DNA of 64,000 bases from contig JAQFVV010000005.1 of the NCBI GenBank assembly GCA_028023455.1, forward strand, positions 19,964,001 through 20,028,000. The letters are read 5' to 3'. The stretch's first letter is position 1, and each line of letters begins with the position of its first letter. This document shows, piece after piece, positions 25,176 through 38,081 of this stretch. The translations under genes and the position numbers were made by a program. The DNA is from Epiperipatus broadwayi. Taxonomy: Eukaryota > Animalia > Onychophora. Under the pieces are notes generated by a model. The model saw only the letters and a program-made list of their open reading frames with translations. It searched no databases and was not told the DNA's origin.

Positions 25176-26199
25176 ATAGAGGTTGATTTTTTTTAAAAGT
25201 ATTTAACAACAAAGAAAACAATTCATCATAGGAAATGCGTTGTACAAATATATTGAAAATGGATTAGTTTTAACTATTGATAATGAGTAAATGATTTATT
25301 TTCAGAAGTTACTAAGAAATTCTAGCAGCCACAAGGGACAAATCTGAGTCACAATTTCATATATCTTGGAGCTCCATAGTCTATCAATTTACTGTTGCAG
25401 CAAACGATAGAGGACAATTTTTATTATTTATTCAGTGTTAAAAAAATATTATAAATAACTATATAACTTGGGAAATGTTTTACAAAGTTGTGAATTTTTC
25501 TTAAATCATTTGTATCTATTTGGCTAAGCAAAAGTAGGCTATTCTATAAAATAAATCCTAAATTAGTATAATTAATATGAATGAAGGTGATTTGGAATGG
25601 AATCAATTTATCTGAGTGGAACAATTGGGGTTATAATCTATCCCTGTGAATGGACTGCCTTTTGTATTAGATGTTTAGCAATATTAATTTTTGGTGTTAA
25701 TTAGTTGTTTTGATAGCAGAATGCACTATCAAAGGGTTTGCCTAAATTTCCAAGTTTATTATTAGTAATTATGAGTTCATTAGATAAAACATGCATTTTT
25801 TTATATTTTTTATAAGAGCTTTATTGACTTTGTTTAAAATTTGAGTTTACATTTTTACATCTTATGTTTTACAAAGTTTAATCAATGAATTTACTAAGTG
25901 TATATGGTTACATCTATGGTAATCATGAGATTGAAACCACAGTGGGCTTCATCATCCCTGGTTTAATTGTTTGAATTTACATTCTTAGTTCATATGTCAT
26001 AGAAAACTTAATTCATGATTCTATCAAGTATATATAAATAAATTTTATAATAATGACAGAAAGATTTAACCCACAATTGCAACAAAAAACCCACCTCATC
26101 CCAGAGCCCTCCGTGACTAGTATTCACAATAATTTAGTTTGGTATGTATCTTTGAGGCATCATTTTCATACTTGAAAACCATTATTAATCAGGAATTTT

Positions 26200-28700
26200 C
26201 AGAATAGCCTAGATTCTTAACCTTTGAAATGCTCAAAGGCCTGAAGTTTCAAACTGGCGGTATCAGTGAAAAATCTTGTCCATGTGTCACCCATGGTTGG
26301 TGCTAGTAATATGCCAACTGTCCAAGTTTTTCTCTGCATCAATGTGGACCAAGGTATCCCACAAGGAATAATGGCCTGCCAAAGGGTTCCTTCTATAATT
26401 ACCTTCCCCTAATTAGGATTCTAAGATAATTCTGCTGTGTTTCACATTTAATTTCTTTATGTGTTATTCCCTTAGAGATGATGAGGCAAAGCTACAATTC
26501 ATATCGGATTTGCACCCATCTACCCTTATATTTGTCACCAATGATAAGGCTTCTATCTTCATCGAAGTAAGCACTGCTTTTTGTCTCGACTTCATCATTA
26601 GAATCTGTTGTTTTTAGGTTGTCCTGTATCATTTCAAGATTATCAGTTTCACTAATCTTCTGTTCTATATCCTTGTCTTGATGATATCTGTCACTTTGCA
26701 TTTTCTCATCTTCTAGTACCTTTAAAAGATCCTGTTCACACATGTCAGTCTTCATGATTATATTTTCCTGATTTTTATTGATCTTATCTGCAGAGTTTAA
26801 TAATCGAGGCAAAACTAGCATCGGTTCATGATTACCTGATTTTAACTTCTTTCCCTTAATTTTCGAATTACATTGATCATTTTCTGCACAACTTTTATCT
26901 GAGTCTGAGCTTGCATCTGAAAGAAGAAGAATGGGGAGCTTTTAGATCCTCTTTCTCACTTTATTGATTTCCTTTTGTACTTGGGACACAACAAAGCAGA
27001 CTCTTCAGTGTATAATGAAACAGCTTCAGTACCAGGAGAAAGTCTGGTTTCTTGAATTCCCAGATCTGAACTTAGAGTCACTGAAGTTTCTGTTAAATTG
27101 GTTTGGTCTGATAACAGGCAATTAGTTATTTGAGGTTGTGTATATTTTGGAGTTTGCAAATCTGGAATCTTGATAAGTTCTAAGTGATCTAACATAAGTC
27201 GGTCATCCAATTGTTATTGTTGTGCATCTTCATGAGAGTGTAAGGTAGTGCACTTGATCATTGAAGCAGTTATATCACATTGATGGAATTTTGACCTTTT
27301 AAGATTGCAACAATTGCATAACCTTCCAGGGCAATCTTTCACCAAATGCATACACAATCAGTAAAAAAACCACTGCAGTTGTATGCTCCGAAACGAAATT
27401 ATCAGTGGGGCAGATTTGGTGCAGTGAATTGTAGGAATAGCCAATGGAGATGTTTCTTTGGTTACAGCAATTGAAAAAAGGGCAGAGTTGGCTAAGATGG
27501 GCATTTGAGCTCTTTTTTCAAGGATATAATTAAATCTTGTGCCATAGGGTTTTAGCAGTTTAAATCAGCCTTTCCAAAATTCAAGTAACAGTTTCTGATA
27601 TGGCCAGACAAAATGATCAGTCTGTTCATATCAACTGTAACACAACTAAGCCATTCAGGAATTTTGCACAATTTGCTTCTGAAATAAGTCATGACATTCG
27701 AAAACGATGTGCCTATTGTTAGGGTGCTGGAGTAATTTGTATATATGTATCCACAAATTCTTAGCTGTAATCACTTTGCATAGATCATCAGTGGGAAATG
27801 TAAGTTTTTTTTTGATTATTTGTAACTGAAAGGATGATCATTTTCTCTCCATGGTAGTTCAAAAATGACCTATATAACTGATCAGGAATGGTAGCATTAA
27901 ATCTAAGATTAAATTATTGATTTCAGACTGATTCAGGCTTGTACAATGCATACCCGCTTTTAGTATCTTATTATGCAGCTCTTCTGTTTCATCTCCATCA
28001 AATAAATTAAATAAATCACGATCTGTATGATATTTATTCATAGGCTGCAAACTAGGTTTGTTGGATGAAGATTGGACTATTTTAGCATAGGATGTTTTGT
28101 GCACCTTGTCTTCATTTATAATAGATTGTGTAGATGCAGAAGCAGCTTTATTGCAAGTTTCTTTGTTAGGAATGTTGAGGTTTAAGCATGTATCTTAATA
28201 TTATTTTGGTCAATGTCTACATTAATATTTCTAACATTATTAACATTATCTTTTTGACTTTCTGGAAACTCTTCTATTTTAATGATTTCTTCACCTATTT
28301 TATGTCGAATAGAATTTTCTTCAAAATAGAAATCATTGGACTTTGTAGGAGATTTGTTGTGTTTAAAATCTTTTTGATTAATATTTTTGAGGTGACTTTT
28401 GGAATTTTTATTTCTTACTGTAGCTTTCATAGGCCTTCTATCATTAATAACGTTATTAACGTTACTTTCATTAAAACCACTATTGTTATTGTTTTTAACG
28501 ATGTCTGTAGAAGCTTTATTTTTTGTAGAAAAGGGTTCAGATTTAGAATTAATATTTATTAGAGGTTCTTCATTAGGATTAACTTTTTCATTTAAAAAAG
28601 TAAGTAGAAAAGATTCCTTACCATCTATTATGAGTGAACTTGACCTTTGATTAGCATTACCCATGGAATCTATATTATTTATGACTCCTTGCTGCTTACA
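26200..28700 (-). pseudogene. Fragmented gag-like ORF1, possibly followed by an AP-endonuclease start, of an old LINE (L1/Tx1-like?)
   Basis: Collinear broken ORFs 28664-26492; SYAKIVQ motif; zinc-knuckle-like HLVKDCPGRLCNCCN at ~27345-27300; weak endonuclease-like residues near 26300-26420. Confidence 0.4.
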
Positions 28701-29552
28701 GTTGCATCTTTGAGATACTCAGAGTTAAGATTACTATCAGAACTCATCTTTTATACTAACATTAGTACGGGCTAAAATAAATTAAAACCTTTTGGTTATG
28801 TGAAGATGACCCAGTAATTTTGGAACATTAGTCCCTAAGAACAGCAGCCAGAAAATACTATTTGTTTTGTCTCAAGATTGTCTAAGCAATCCACTGCAGC
28901 ACACTTTCCTTTGTAACCAAACTTCTGATCGAATAAATGCTATTTGATATACCACAAGTTTGTGGGTTTTTCAAATTTAATATTTTGAATTCAAATTTTT
29001 ATAATTGAGTGATTTATTCCTTGGGAGTTCATATGAAATTCAAACATAGCACAGAGGTGAACCAAAATTCTTGGTCACACTCCACATCTTTACTAAACTG
29101 TGCAGAGTAATTGGAGGATATTTAGGTATGTCATGTAGAAAAAAAACTAAGAATAATAAATTAAGCATGTGAGTTTTAATTCATAATACAGTATTTTATC
29201 ACTAGTTAGATATAAATGCTTGTAGACGAATTTTATTTATTTTTTTCTCTATTTTTTTTTGTTCTTCTGAAATTTAGCTGTAAGTTTAATTGTAACACAT
29301 TTATTGCAATTATAAATATACTTGGTTTATTTCTAGAAAATGTAATAAACACACACACAAATGTACAGAGTAAAGCGTTAATAATATTAATTAAGCACGA
29401 TATGTTTAGCATACATTCGATTTAGTAAAATTATAAACATAGCCGTAATTGTGGTAGTTTGGATGCGCATATATCGTGTGCAGGTTAATTTACATATTTT
29501 GTGTTTTTGATTATGTAGATTGGATAGGCCATTTCATGGAAAGGGGGGCACA

Positions 29553-29770
29553 GCATGCGGGTTCAAACTCATGTTACATTATTTCATCAGTAGTTTGTTA
29601 TAAAAGCTTGTACAATTTTATTTTTTCTCTATTTTTTTTATTTTTAATTTCAGTCGTAACATTTATTGTAAGTTGAGCATGCGGGTTCAAACTCATGTTA
29701 CATTATTTCATCATTAGCTTGCTGTAAATGCTTGTACAATTTTATTTTTGATTTTTCCTCTATTTTTTTT
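29553..29770 (+). repeat. Tandem duplication, period 124 bp (third partial unit near 29215-29320), containing a Pol III B-box-like motif
   Basis: GCATGCGGGTTCAAACTCATGTTACATTATTTCATCA at 29553 and 29677. Confidence 0.7.
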
Positions 29771-31929
29771 CGAACAAAATTTTGGACTTCAGCTGAAACA
29801 CAATTATTTATTTCTTCAATTCCATTTCCAATCTCTACAATATCCTCTGGCTAAACAACATAGTTAAACATTAGTTTTATCATTGTTTATTTTCGGCTTC
29901 AGATACCGTAATAATTATATACGAAATACGAACTAACAGTGTATATTTTTATTGTCAATTACAGATGTTCTTTTAAACTAACTTGCATCATAATCTTAAG
30001 AAAGTTATTTTACTATCATTTATTTTTAAAGACGATTTCAATTTTAGATGAAATATGTAATTTTTTTTTCTAAAATTGAGCTCTGTTGACGTCACAGCAT
30101 CTATAATAAGAAAAAAGCAAATCAGAACGCGGGAGCTTAATATTACTCAAGTTTAAAATACGCTTTGAAAGAGATGATACCAGCAAAGTAAAAACAATTA
30201 TAGACGTAAAATAAATTATTTTGAAATCTGGGGAGAAAAGTCATCTTTTTCGCAAGCAAATGTTAACCCTTTATTCTTTACTGGTAATATTAATATTTTG
30301 AGCAAAATATCTGATAAAGGAGAAGAGATGAGACTGGAGCATATTTTTTTACATAATATACTTTAAAGTAAATTATTGGATTGTTATTGAGAAGTGTATG
30401 ATGTCTTTCTTCATAACAGTGAAAGCTGCTTGTCTAACAATCTCGATGAAAATCTTATGTTGTATCTAGGGTCCTTCAGAGAAAATGCGAGTCCCGGGGC
30501 AACTAATATTTTAGAGGCCCTTCAAAATTTTAAAATAAGAACGTGGGGAGAGTGAAAAAATGAAAGTTTTTACTTACAGGGCTGAAAACAAAACTCCGGG
30601 AGCAGTTAGTTACGAGTCGCAGAAACGAATAAGCAGATCAAATCCAGGTAGCAATTAAATAGGATAAATTCACTCTAGCACTGTTAGTACAGAACTGATT
30701 GACAGGGTGCTGAGACTATTAGTTCTACCGGTTGCCTAGCACTGTAGTTGCTTTTGTTGCGGAGTCAAATTGGTATCCCTGCTTGGAAAAGTTTTTCTCA
30801 AATATTTTTTTGGGGGAATTTAACTGTGAAATTATGGCTGTTCTATGACCATGAGATCAATTTGCCGTCTATATTTTTGTTTAACATATTGAGTTGCCAA
30901 GTGAGGCCCCTAATATTGCGAGGTCCAGGGCAGCTGCTTCTCCTGGCCCTGGCTGTAGCTAATACTACTAATCCATCCATATTGGATCAGTAGTCAGCTT
31001 CATTATAGACCTGATTACTTGAAAAATTCCAAAGCATCATTCTAATGCTCATGTGGTTAATCAATGTTTGAATAGTTTTAAATAGAAAGCAGTGGACTTG
31101 AGTGTTAACTGTAATACAGAATCCAATGTGCTGCTATAGTTAATAACTTAAAAAGTAACTTATTTCATCATAGTGATATAACAACTGCAACTAAATTTAT
31201 TGATATATTGTTGTTATTTTGCCAAATTTATTGTATGAATGTAAAACTGGACTTTCTACTTATAATATGAAAATATTAGAAAATTTTCATGAAAGAATCT
31301 TTCATAAGTTTTTAAAAATATAGATCACGAGACTAATCGGTACATTATTCAGCTTGTTATATGTGCTACCTTTAGATCTACTACTGGGTTAGATAGAACA
31401 TTTACAGATTTCTTTAAAAAAAAAAATTATGGTCAACCTAAGCTTGGTTTTTGTGGAAGCTGTTATTCTCTTTATGGTTTCAGTGAGAAGATATGATTGA
31501 GAACAGAAGAGAATTAGATAAAGTATTGAAGTATTTCCAAAAGTAAAGTGTGTTGCAAAAAGTCAAACTCAAGATATCAAACAAACTAAAATACCATGTG
31601 ATATTTGTGGTTCATGAATAATTGTGGAATCATTGCCAATTATTTATTTTTGCTTCTGAAATTGAATTGCTTATAGCTCATTTATGATTGAGCTAATAAT
31701 AATTTAATATACAGTAACTTTTTGTGCTTTAATGAAACAAGTAACTATTTAGTATTTGCCTGGGGGTTTGTGAAAATGACATTTTAGTTGTATTTATATG
31801 GTGGACTACTTCTGTCAGCTAACATTAAACATAGAATGTCTTTAGAAAAATTTTAAACTTTATTTAAATTTTCCAATTACGTTTAATTATTAGTAACAGC
31901 ACACAGGTTAATATATATATATATATTGT

Positions 31930-33390
31930 GTTTTAAGTGGTGTTATTCACTTTCTTTAAGTGATGCTGGCCTGATCAATGACTGTATTACCATGGGAATT
32001 GAATCTGGATCTTTAGATTCTTGGATATTGAGTTTTAAGGTAACCCTCTAACCAACTGAGCTTCTCTACCAAAGTCAACAGTCAGTAGAAATTTCATATG
32101 CTTATCTATGAGATTCCTCCTGATTTCTCCACTTTTTCCTAAGAGCAAAGTTGATTAATGACCTAGACATTATATACTATCACACTAGATTAACATATGG
32201 GATTATTTGCCATTACCATGTGAGCAGCTTCTTTGAATTTTCTTCTTTATAATTGTTTCTCTCTGTTCAATAATTTTGCATTTTCCCAATCAAACATATG
32301 TTCATTGCTACATACATAGTTGATTGCTTTAAAGTTATCTGCTTGCTTTTTTTCAATTACTTTTCAGTGATTGTTTGGACTGATTTCTGCAATATATATT
32401 TTTCACATTCACATAGTATTTCATAAATGCAGTTTTTGTTTTTCAGCATTTCAAGTTTAGTCTTGGTAGATGTTAGAATTCTTCATAGTGTGATATGGCT
32501 CTAGAAAACTGTTCTGATGTTTTAATTGCAGATTTTTTTTTAGTTTGTCTGTTATTCTTGGTATATATATATATGATCACTAGATGGAGCTTTACCAATA
32601 GCTCCTAACAAACTTTGTTTATTGGTAAAGCTCCATCTAGTGATCATAAAATGCAAGCTAAAAGCAAGTTACGAAATTTATAACTTGTTTTGTTTATCAT
32701 ATATATATACTGTAGAAGAAATAACTTTTTATTTTGATGATTCTTTTTGTTGTCTATTTAAAGTTTACTTAATGACAGCTGATGGATAACCATTCTTCAA
32801 GAAAAATTTTTTTTATCTAGATCTTTTCTTTTTCCAAGTAATGGGTTTCTGAACAAACTTGTTTGGTTTGGATCTTTAATGACAGTATAATTGCATGTTT
32901 TGTGTTTTTGGGGTGATTGAATGTATATGCTAAATATTTTTTAAATGTGTGAAATTTTTGTAAACTAGTTTTGATTTTTCCATGAGGGAGTCTTGTCATA
33001 AGAACATCTAAGAATGACAATTTTGTTCTGATTCTATTGTGAATTTAATTAAAGAGGATATGTTATTGATCCATAATGTTTGTTAGTTCTTCACCATGTG
33101 GCCATAATGAGAAGTATTTATAGCTATGGTTTGAAGTTCTGTCATATAAATATTGCTAATCAAGGGTGATAGTAGTGAGCCCATACCCACCCTTGGTTTT
33201 GTTGAAAGAATTTTGAGTTGTATTGAAATATGTCATTGTTTTGCAGAATGTTAATAATTCCATTATTCTAACAATAGGAAGAATTGTTCTGCTTTGTAAG
33301 TTGTTATCACCATTTAACTTTTTCCTTACTGTAGACAATGCTTCATCACATGCACTTGTGAATAAATTTCATTTTCTTGATTAATTCTAC
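31930..33390 (-). mobile_element. Penelope-like element relic, left (inverted) arm: RT C-terminus, GIY-YIG and 3' region
   Basis: SFLDVL...KIKTS...KKYLAY..NHPKNTK; FLKNGYP; collinear in reverse complement with 33570-34810. Confidence 0.8.
32573..32698. mobile_element. Small young foldback inserted in a (TA)n tract of the PLE arm
   Basis: Perfect 28-bp inverted repeat (32573-32600 / 32620-32647), ~51-nt one-sided extension, (TA)n on both sides. Confidence 0.8.
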
Positions 33391-33559
33391 AAAATTCTTA
33401 GAATCCCTAACAAAGGACTGAGAACTTTGAGAAGAAATCTTGACAATTCTGCTGCTCTTTTAAAGGCACTTTTTATATGATTTCCTCAGTAGCTGCCATT
33501 ATATTTCATAAAGAGATGTTAGATGGTATGATGGTAAAATTTAATAATTTTTACATGAA

Positions 33560-34830
33560 AATTGAAAGCGACATATTGGTAAGCTTTGATGTGGAAAGTT
33601 TAGCATTGTCTATTATGAGGAAAGTATTAAATGGCCATATTAGCTTACAAAACTGAACAATTCTTCCTATTGATAGTATAATGGAACTACTAGCATTATG
33701 CATTACAACATATTTTCAATACAATATGGAATTCTTCCAACAAAATCAAAGGATGACTAGGGACTCATCACTGTCATCCTTGATTAGCAATATTTATATG
33801 GAAGAATTTATAAACACAGCCATAAGGACTACTCAATATCCACCTAAAATTTGGCTTCACTATATTGATGATATATTTGTTGTAAGGCCAAACTATTGCA
33901 AACATTCTAGATATAATTTGTAATAGAATGCGAAGAAGAAATATTTATATTCTTAGCTGTTCTTGTGATAAGATTCTCTTATGATAACATCAAAACAACA
34001 ATTTACAGAAAGTTCACACATACAAGAAAATACTTAGCATATTCATCCAATCATATCAAAGACATGAAACATAGATTTATACTATCATTAAGGAACAGAA
34101 TCCATCATGCTCAGAAACCCATCATTTGGAAAAAGAAAAGATCCACATAGAATAAACTCTCATGAAGAATGGGAAACTTCAAATACAAAAAGAAAAATCA
34201 AAAGAAAAAACAATTACGGATACTGTACTGCATAATATACCAAAAATAGCAAACAAACTAAAGAAAAATATGCAATCAAAATAATATCAGAATAGCTTTC
34301 CAGAGCTTTACCACATTATGAGGAATTCTAACATCTACAAAGATTAAATTTGAAATGCTGAAAAACAAAACCTGCATGTAGGAAATATCATATGAATGTG
34401 GAAGAATATATTGGTGAAACTAGCCACTCCTTTGAAAAGTATTTGAAAGAACACAAAATGATGATTGAAAAAGAGAAAACAGATATCTCTAAAATAGCGG
34501 AGTATATATATACCAATGAACATATGTTTAATTGGAAAAATGCAAAAATATTGGATACGGAAAAATTATAAAGAAGAAAATTCAAAAAAACTGCTCATGG
34601 GTTAATGACAAATAATCCCATAACTTAATCTAGTGTGACAGTATATAATGTTTAGAACCATTAATCAATAGGAAAAGATGAAGAAATTAGGAGGAATCTT
34701 TGGGAGAATAACTCATTTGGTTATAGCATTATTTTAAAATACTATATTCAAGAATCTAAAGGTCTAGCTTCAGTTCCATGTTAGTAATGTTACTGATCAG
34801 GCTAGCAATATCTAAAGAAGAAAGGAAAAT
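33560..34830 (+). mobile_element. Penelope-like element relic, right arm (RT and GIY-YIG endonuclease)
   Basis: LVSFDVESL, SSLSSLISNIYME, WLHYIDDIF, YRKFTHTRKYLAYSSNH, YIGETSH...KIAEY...HMFNWKNAKILDTE. Confidence 0.88.
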
Positions 34831-34934
34831 AATACCATTGAAAACATTACATTACTAATAGTTAAATGTAATTGGGAAATTTTCTGAAGACATTCAATAT
34901 TTAATATTAGATGATGGAAACAGTCTATCATATA

Positions 34935-35006
34935 AATACAAATACCTATTTAGTAGCTTAATATTGAAGGAATACAAATACCTATTTAGTAGCTTAATAT
35001 TGAAGG
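34935..35006 (+). repeat. Perfect 36-bp tandem duplication
   Basis: AATACAAATACCTATTTAGTAGCTTAATATTGAAGG x2. Confidence 0.9.
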
Positions 35007-35765
35007 CAAATGAACCTCAAGATGAATTTCTGCTAAAATAGCCTTATCAGTTGGCTTAGCCAATCAAATCCTCTTGAATGTTCTTATCCTTGTTTATTAT
35101 ACAAGTGTATAATTATTATTAACCTTAATCGTGATTTATCAAAGCTATTAAATAAAAAATAATTAATGAAACTGCTTTTATTGCTTGAGATTTCATAAGC
35201 AATTTGCATCTGGAAATGCTAGGACTGAAATCAATCGAACAGTCTTATATTCCAGAGTCGAACTCTTTAACCACTGCATTAAACCATACAGGCTATTAAA
35301 AAATAGCTACTAAGTTGAGCTAATAATGTAACAATGTTCAGCCAAATAACTATTATTCACAACTTTGATATATATCTAAAAGATGTTTAACAAAATAATA
35401 AGTAATAAAATTTAGTGCGGATGTTTTTATCACGTGACCATATAAACTTGTACTGTATGATCTGCATTATTATTTGTATTTAAACTATATTAATAATCTT
35501 AACCCCTTCTCTCCTACACAATAAAATTAGATTATTTAAATGAGAAAGTCAAACAAAAGTGTCTCCTTTATCAGCCAATTTATTTTAAGATTTCCAATAT
35601 TAAATATATAAAAAAGGAAACTTGAATAAGTGAACTTCAAATAATCTACAGGAAAATAAAATAGTCAAATGATTGGTCACTCTGAAGGTCTTGTAATATT
35701 CCACCATTGGAAATGATATCTTTCAAATTAATGTTTGTAAGATTTGTCCATGATTAATTATTAAA

Positions 35766-35871
35766 TTTTTTTTTTCTCATGTGTCATAGGATCGGCGGGA
35801 AGCGAACCCGCTAACCCGGGACAACTGCTTGTAAGGCAGCTGTGCTGACCTCTCGACCACCAATGCTTGAC
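35766..35871 (-). mobile_element. Short tRNA-Gly-derived SINE with poly(A)
   Basis: Nearly identical to 50648-50754; 9-bp TSD TAATTATTA (35755-35763, 35872-35880). Confidence 0.9.
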
Positions 35872-36432
35872 TAATTATTATTTGAAACCATATAAGGTCA
35901 CTAGTGCAATCTATATATTTATATACAAGTGTGTTACATAAATATTTGGTAATTTATAATATTAATTAGCCCATGTAAATGGATTTAGTCCTATTAAATG
36001 CGTTTCAAATTAATAATTTAAATCACTAGCCTTAAAAAAAACCATGGTCTGTAGCATTTTAAAACTGTTCTGAAGTGTTTCAACAATATGCAAATCAGCA
36101 TTATTAGCACATATATTTTATTAAAATGCTTTTATTGTAGATTAAAAATTATTACTTACTGTTAAAATAAATGTGTTTAAAATATGTTTCTTTTAATGAT
36201 TTATCTTTTATGTAATAAACACTATATATGACCATGTCAGCTCTTATAGATGTTGATTTCATACACATCCACTAAGTTGTAGTTTGCCATTTTGAAAATG
36301 TATTGTGATAAATCTACATGGTGTAATAAAAATGATCAAAGAGTTTTTTTTTCCGTTCTTTTATATATATATAGTTCTAAATGTTGCCGCTGCATTCACT
36401 AAGAGCTTCAATCTGTTCTCTGGGCATTGACA

Positions 36433-36550
36433 GAGAGATTCCTGACTCCGAAAAAGAAGCCACAGTGCATCACATCACTACAGGTTTCTCTGGGGGTAGT
36501 AGCTGAGAGATTCCTGACTCTGAAAAAGGAGAAGCCACAGTGCATCATAC
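36433..36550 (+). repeat. Imperfect ~45-bp direct repeat, period 72 bp
   Basis: GAGAGATTCCTGACTC(C/T)GAAAAAG..AAGCCACAGTGCATCA at 36433 and 36505. Confidence 0.75.
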
Positions 36551-37018
36551 ATTATCACTATACTATTATAGTTTTAGGAGATGGCTGTAATGGCCATAAA
36601 AATTATTCAGATTGATTAGTTTTTCCTAAGTTGTTAATGGCCCTGTACAGTTTAATGCACTGATAGAGTAGTGAACTTAAAAATTAAGGATCAATGTATC
36701 ACATCTCTACTTTGGCAGTACCAATCTGAACAGCATAGGACTTCCACAGCAACAAACCACTTAACTTAACTTAAATTCTGATGGCTAGTATAGTAACCTG
36801 AATTTTATCTCAAATACCTAGCATGATATTTACTTTCTTCTTTTATTTTAATAAAGATTTGATGTAAAATATTTTTGCCCATAAGCTCTATTTTAAAAAG
36901 TAATTATTAATATTAATCCTTTATGAGGCTAGAAATTATTGTATTTAATTTATAAACGATTAAATATTACTAATACATACATTATTATTCAATTTGTAAC
37001 ATTTTTTTTAAATACAAG

Positions 37019-37220
37019 CATAATTTATATTATCACATGATCACCATTTCTTATGCTAGCACATAACTGTTATTAAAACAGGCAAAACTCTCCATACAGT
37101 AGTGCCACTCAGTGCCAACCAGAGTAATCAATGCACAAGCCTTCTGGCATCTATTGATTACTCTGGTTGGCACTGAGTGGCACTACTGTATGGAGAGTTT
37201 TGCCTGTCATAATTTATATT
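37019..37220. mobile_element. Family A minimal foldback (no ribozyme part)
   Basis: Perfect 55-bp arms 37078-37132 / 37153-37207; left arm extends ~46 nt further; 13-bp TSD CATAATTTATATT (37019-37031, 37208-37220). Confidence 0.92.
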
Positions 37221-37224
37221 CTTG

Positions 37225-37310
37225 GAATATAAATGTAATATAGAAGATTTGAACACAGACTTTCAGGTTCGCTTCACCTATCCACTCTATCTCATACAAC
37301 GAATTCAATT
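37225..37310 (-). mobile_element. Family B 3'-terminal fragment
   Basis: GAACACAGACTTTC...CTATCCACTCTATCTCATACAAC matches the family B tail. Confidence 0.7.
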
Positions 37311-38081
37311 TGTAAATGCATTTTTTGTCTAGACTCATTAATGACATTATTTTGTAGATAAATATCTTAATGCTTATTTGCAATCATTTATTGGAGGAAA
37401 ATTATATAATCCCTAGTCCAGGTATAAACTTTGAACTTAATTATGCGTGATGTTTCACCTTCTTTTGACAACACATGTGAAATGTGTGAGTTTTTTTTAA
37501 TATGTCCAGGAAATGTGCAAAATAAAAAAATGCTACGTATATGGCATATTAATAAAGTTTATATTTAAAAAATATATATACAAATACTTTATAGAAATTT
37601 TTGAATAAATATAGTAGTCTACATTTAAATGTATGATAATAATTTTAAAATCAGCATATCACTTAAAATATTGATATTTTTAAAACTTTATCACTAAAAA
37701 AAAATGTAGCAAAAGTAATACTATTTACTACTATTTACAATCTCAAATACATAAAAAAAAAACAATTTAAATCCAAAGCTAGTGTAGTTACTAAATATTA
37801 TATATATGACTTTTAAAAAAAACACCGCATTTTGCAATGAGCTTTTTAGAATTAAAAATAGAATTAAGAATCGCCACCTATTGAGTAAAAATATAACCAA
37901 AGTTTAAAAAATTACGTAATATCAAGAACATTACATGTGAATTGAGGAACCTTTTTTTACCTTGAGATGATCTAATAGTATTACCGTGAAGTATTTTAGC
38001 TTTTTAATATATTATATAGAAAATAATGTTATTAAATAAGTGTATGCAAGAAATGTAGCATTAGTAAATTGAATTATAATA

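Noticed and set aside
30467-30955. GC-rich MITE-like ends (AGGGTCC...GGCCCTGG)
   Set aside because: TIRs and TSD are too degenerate to delimit.
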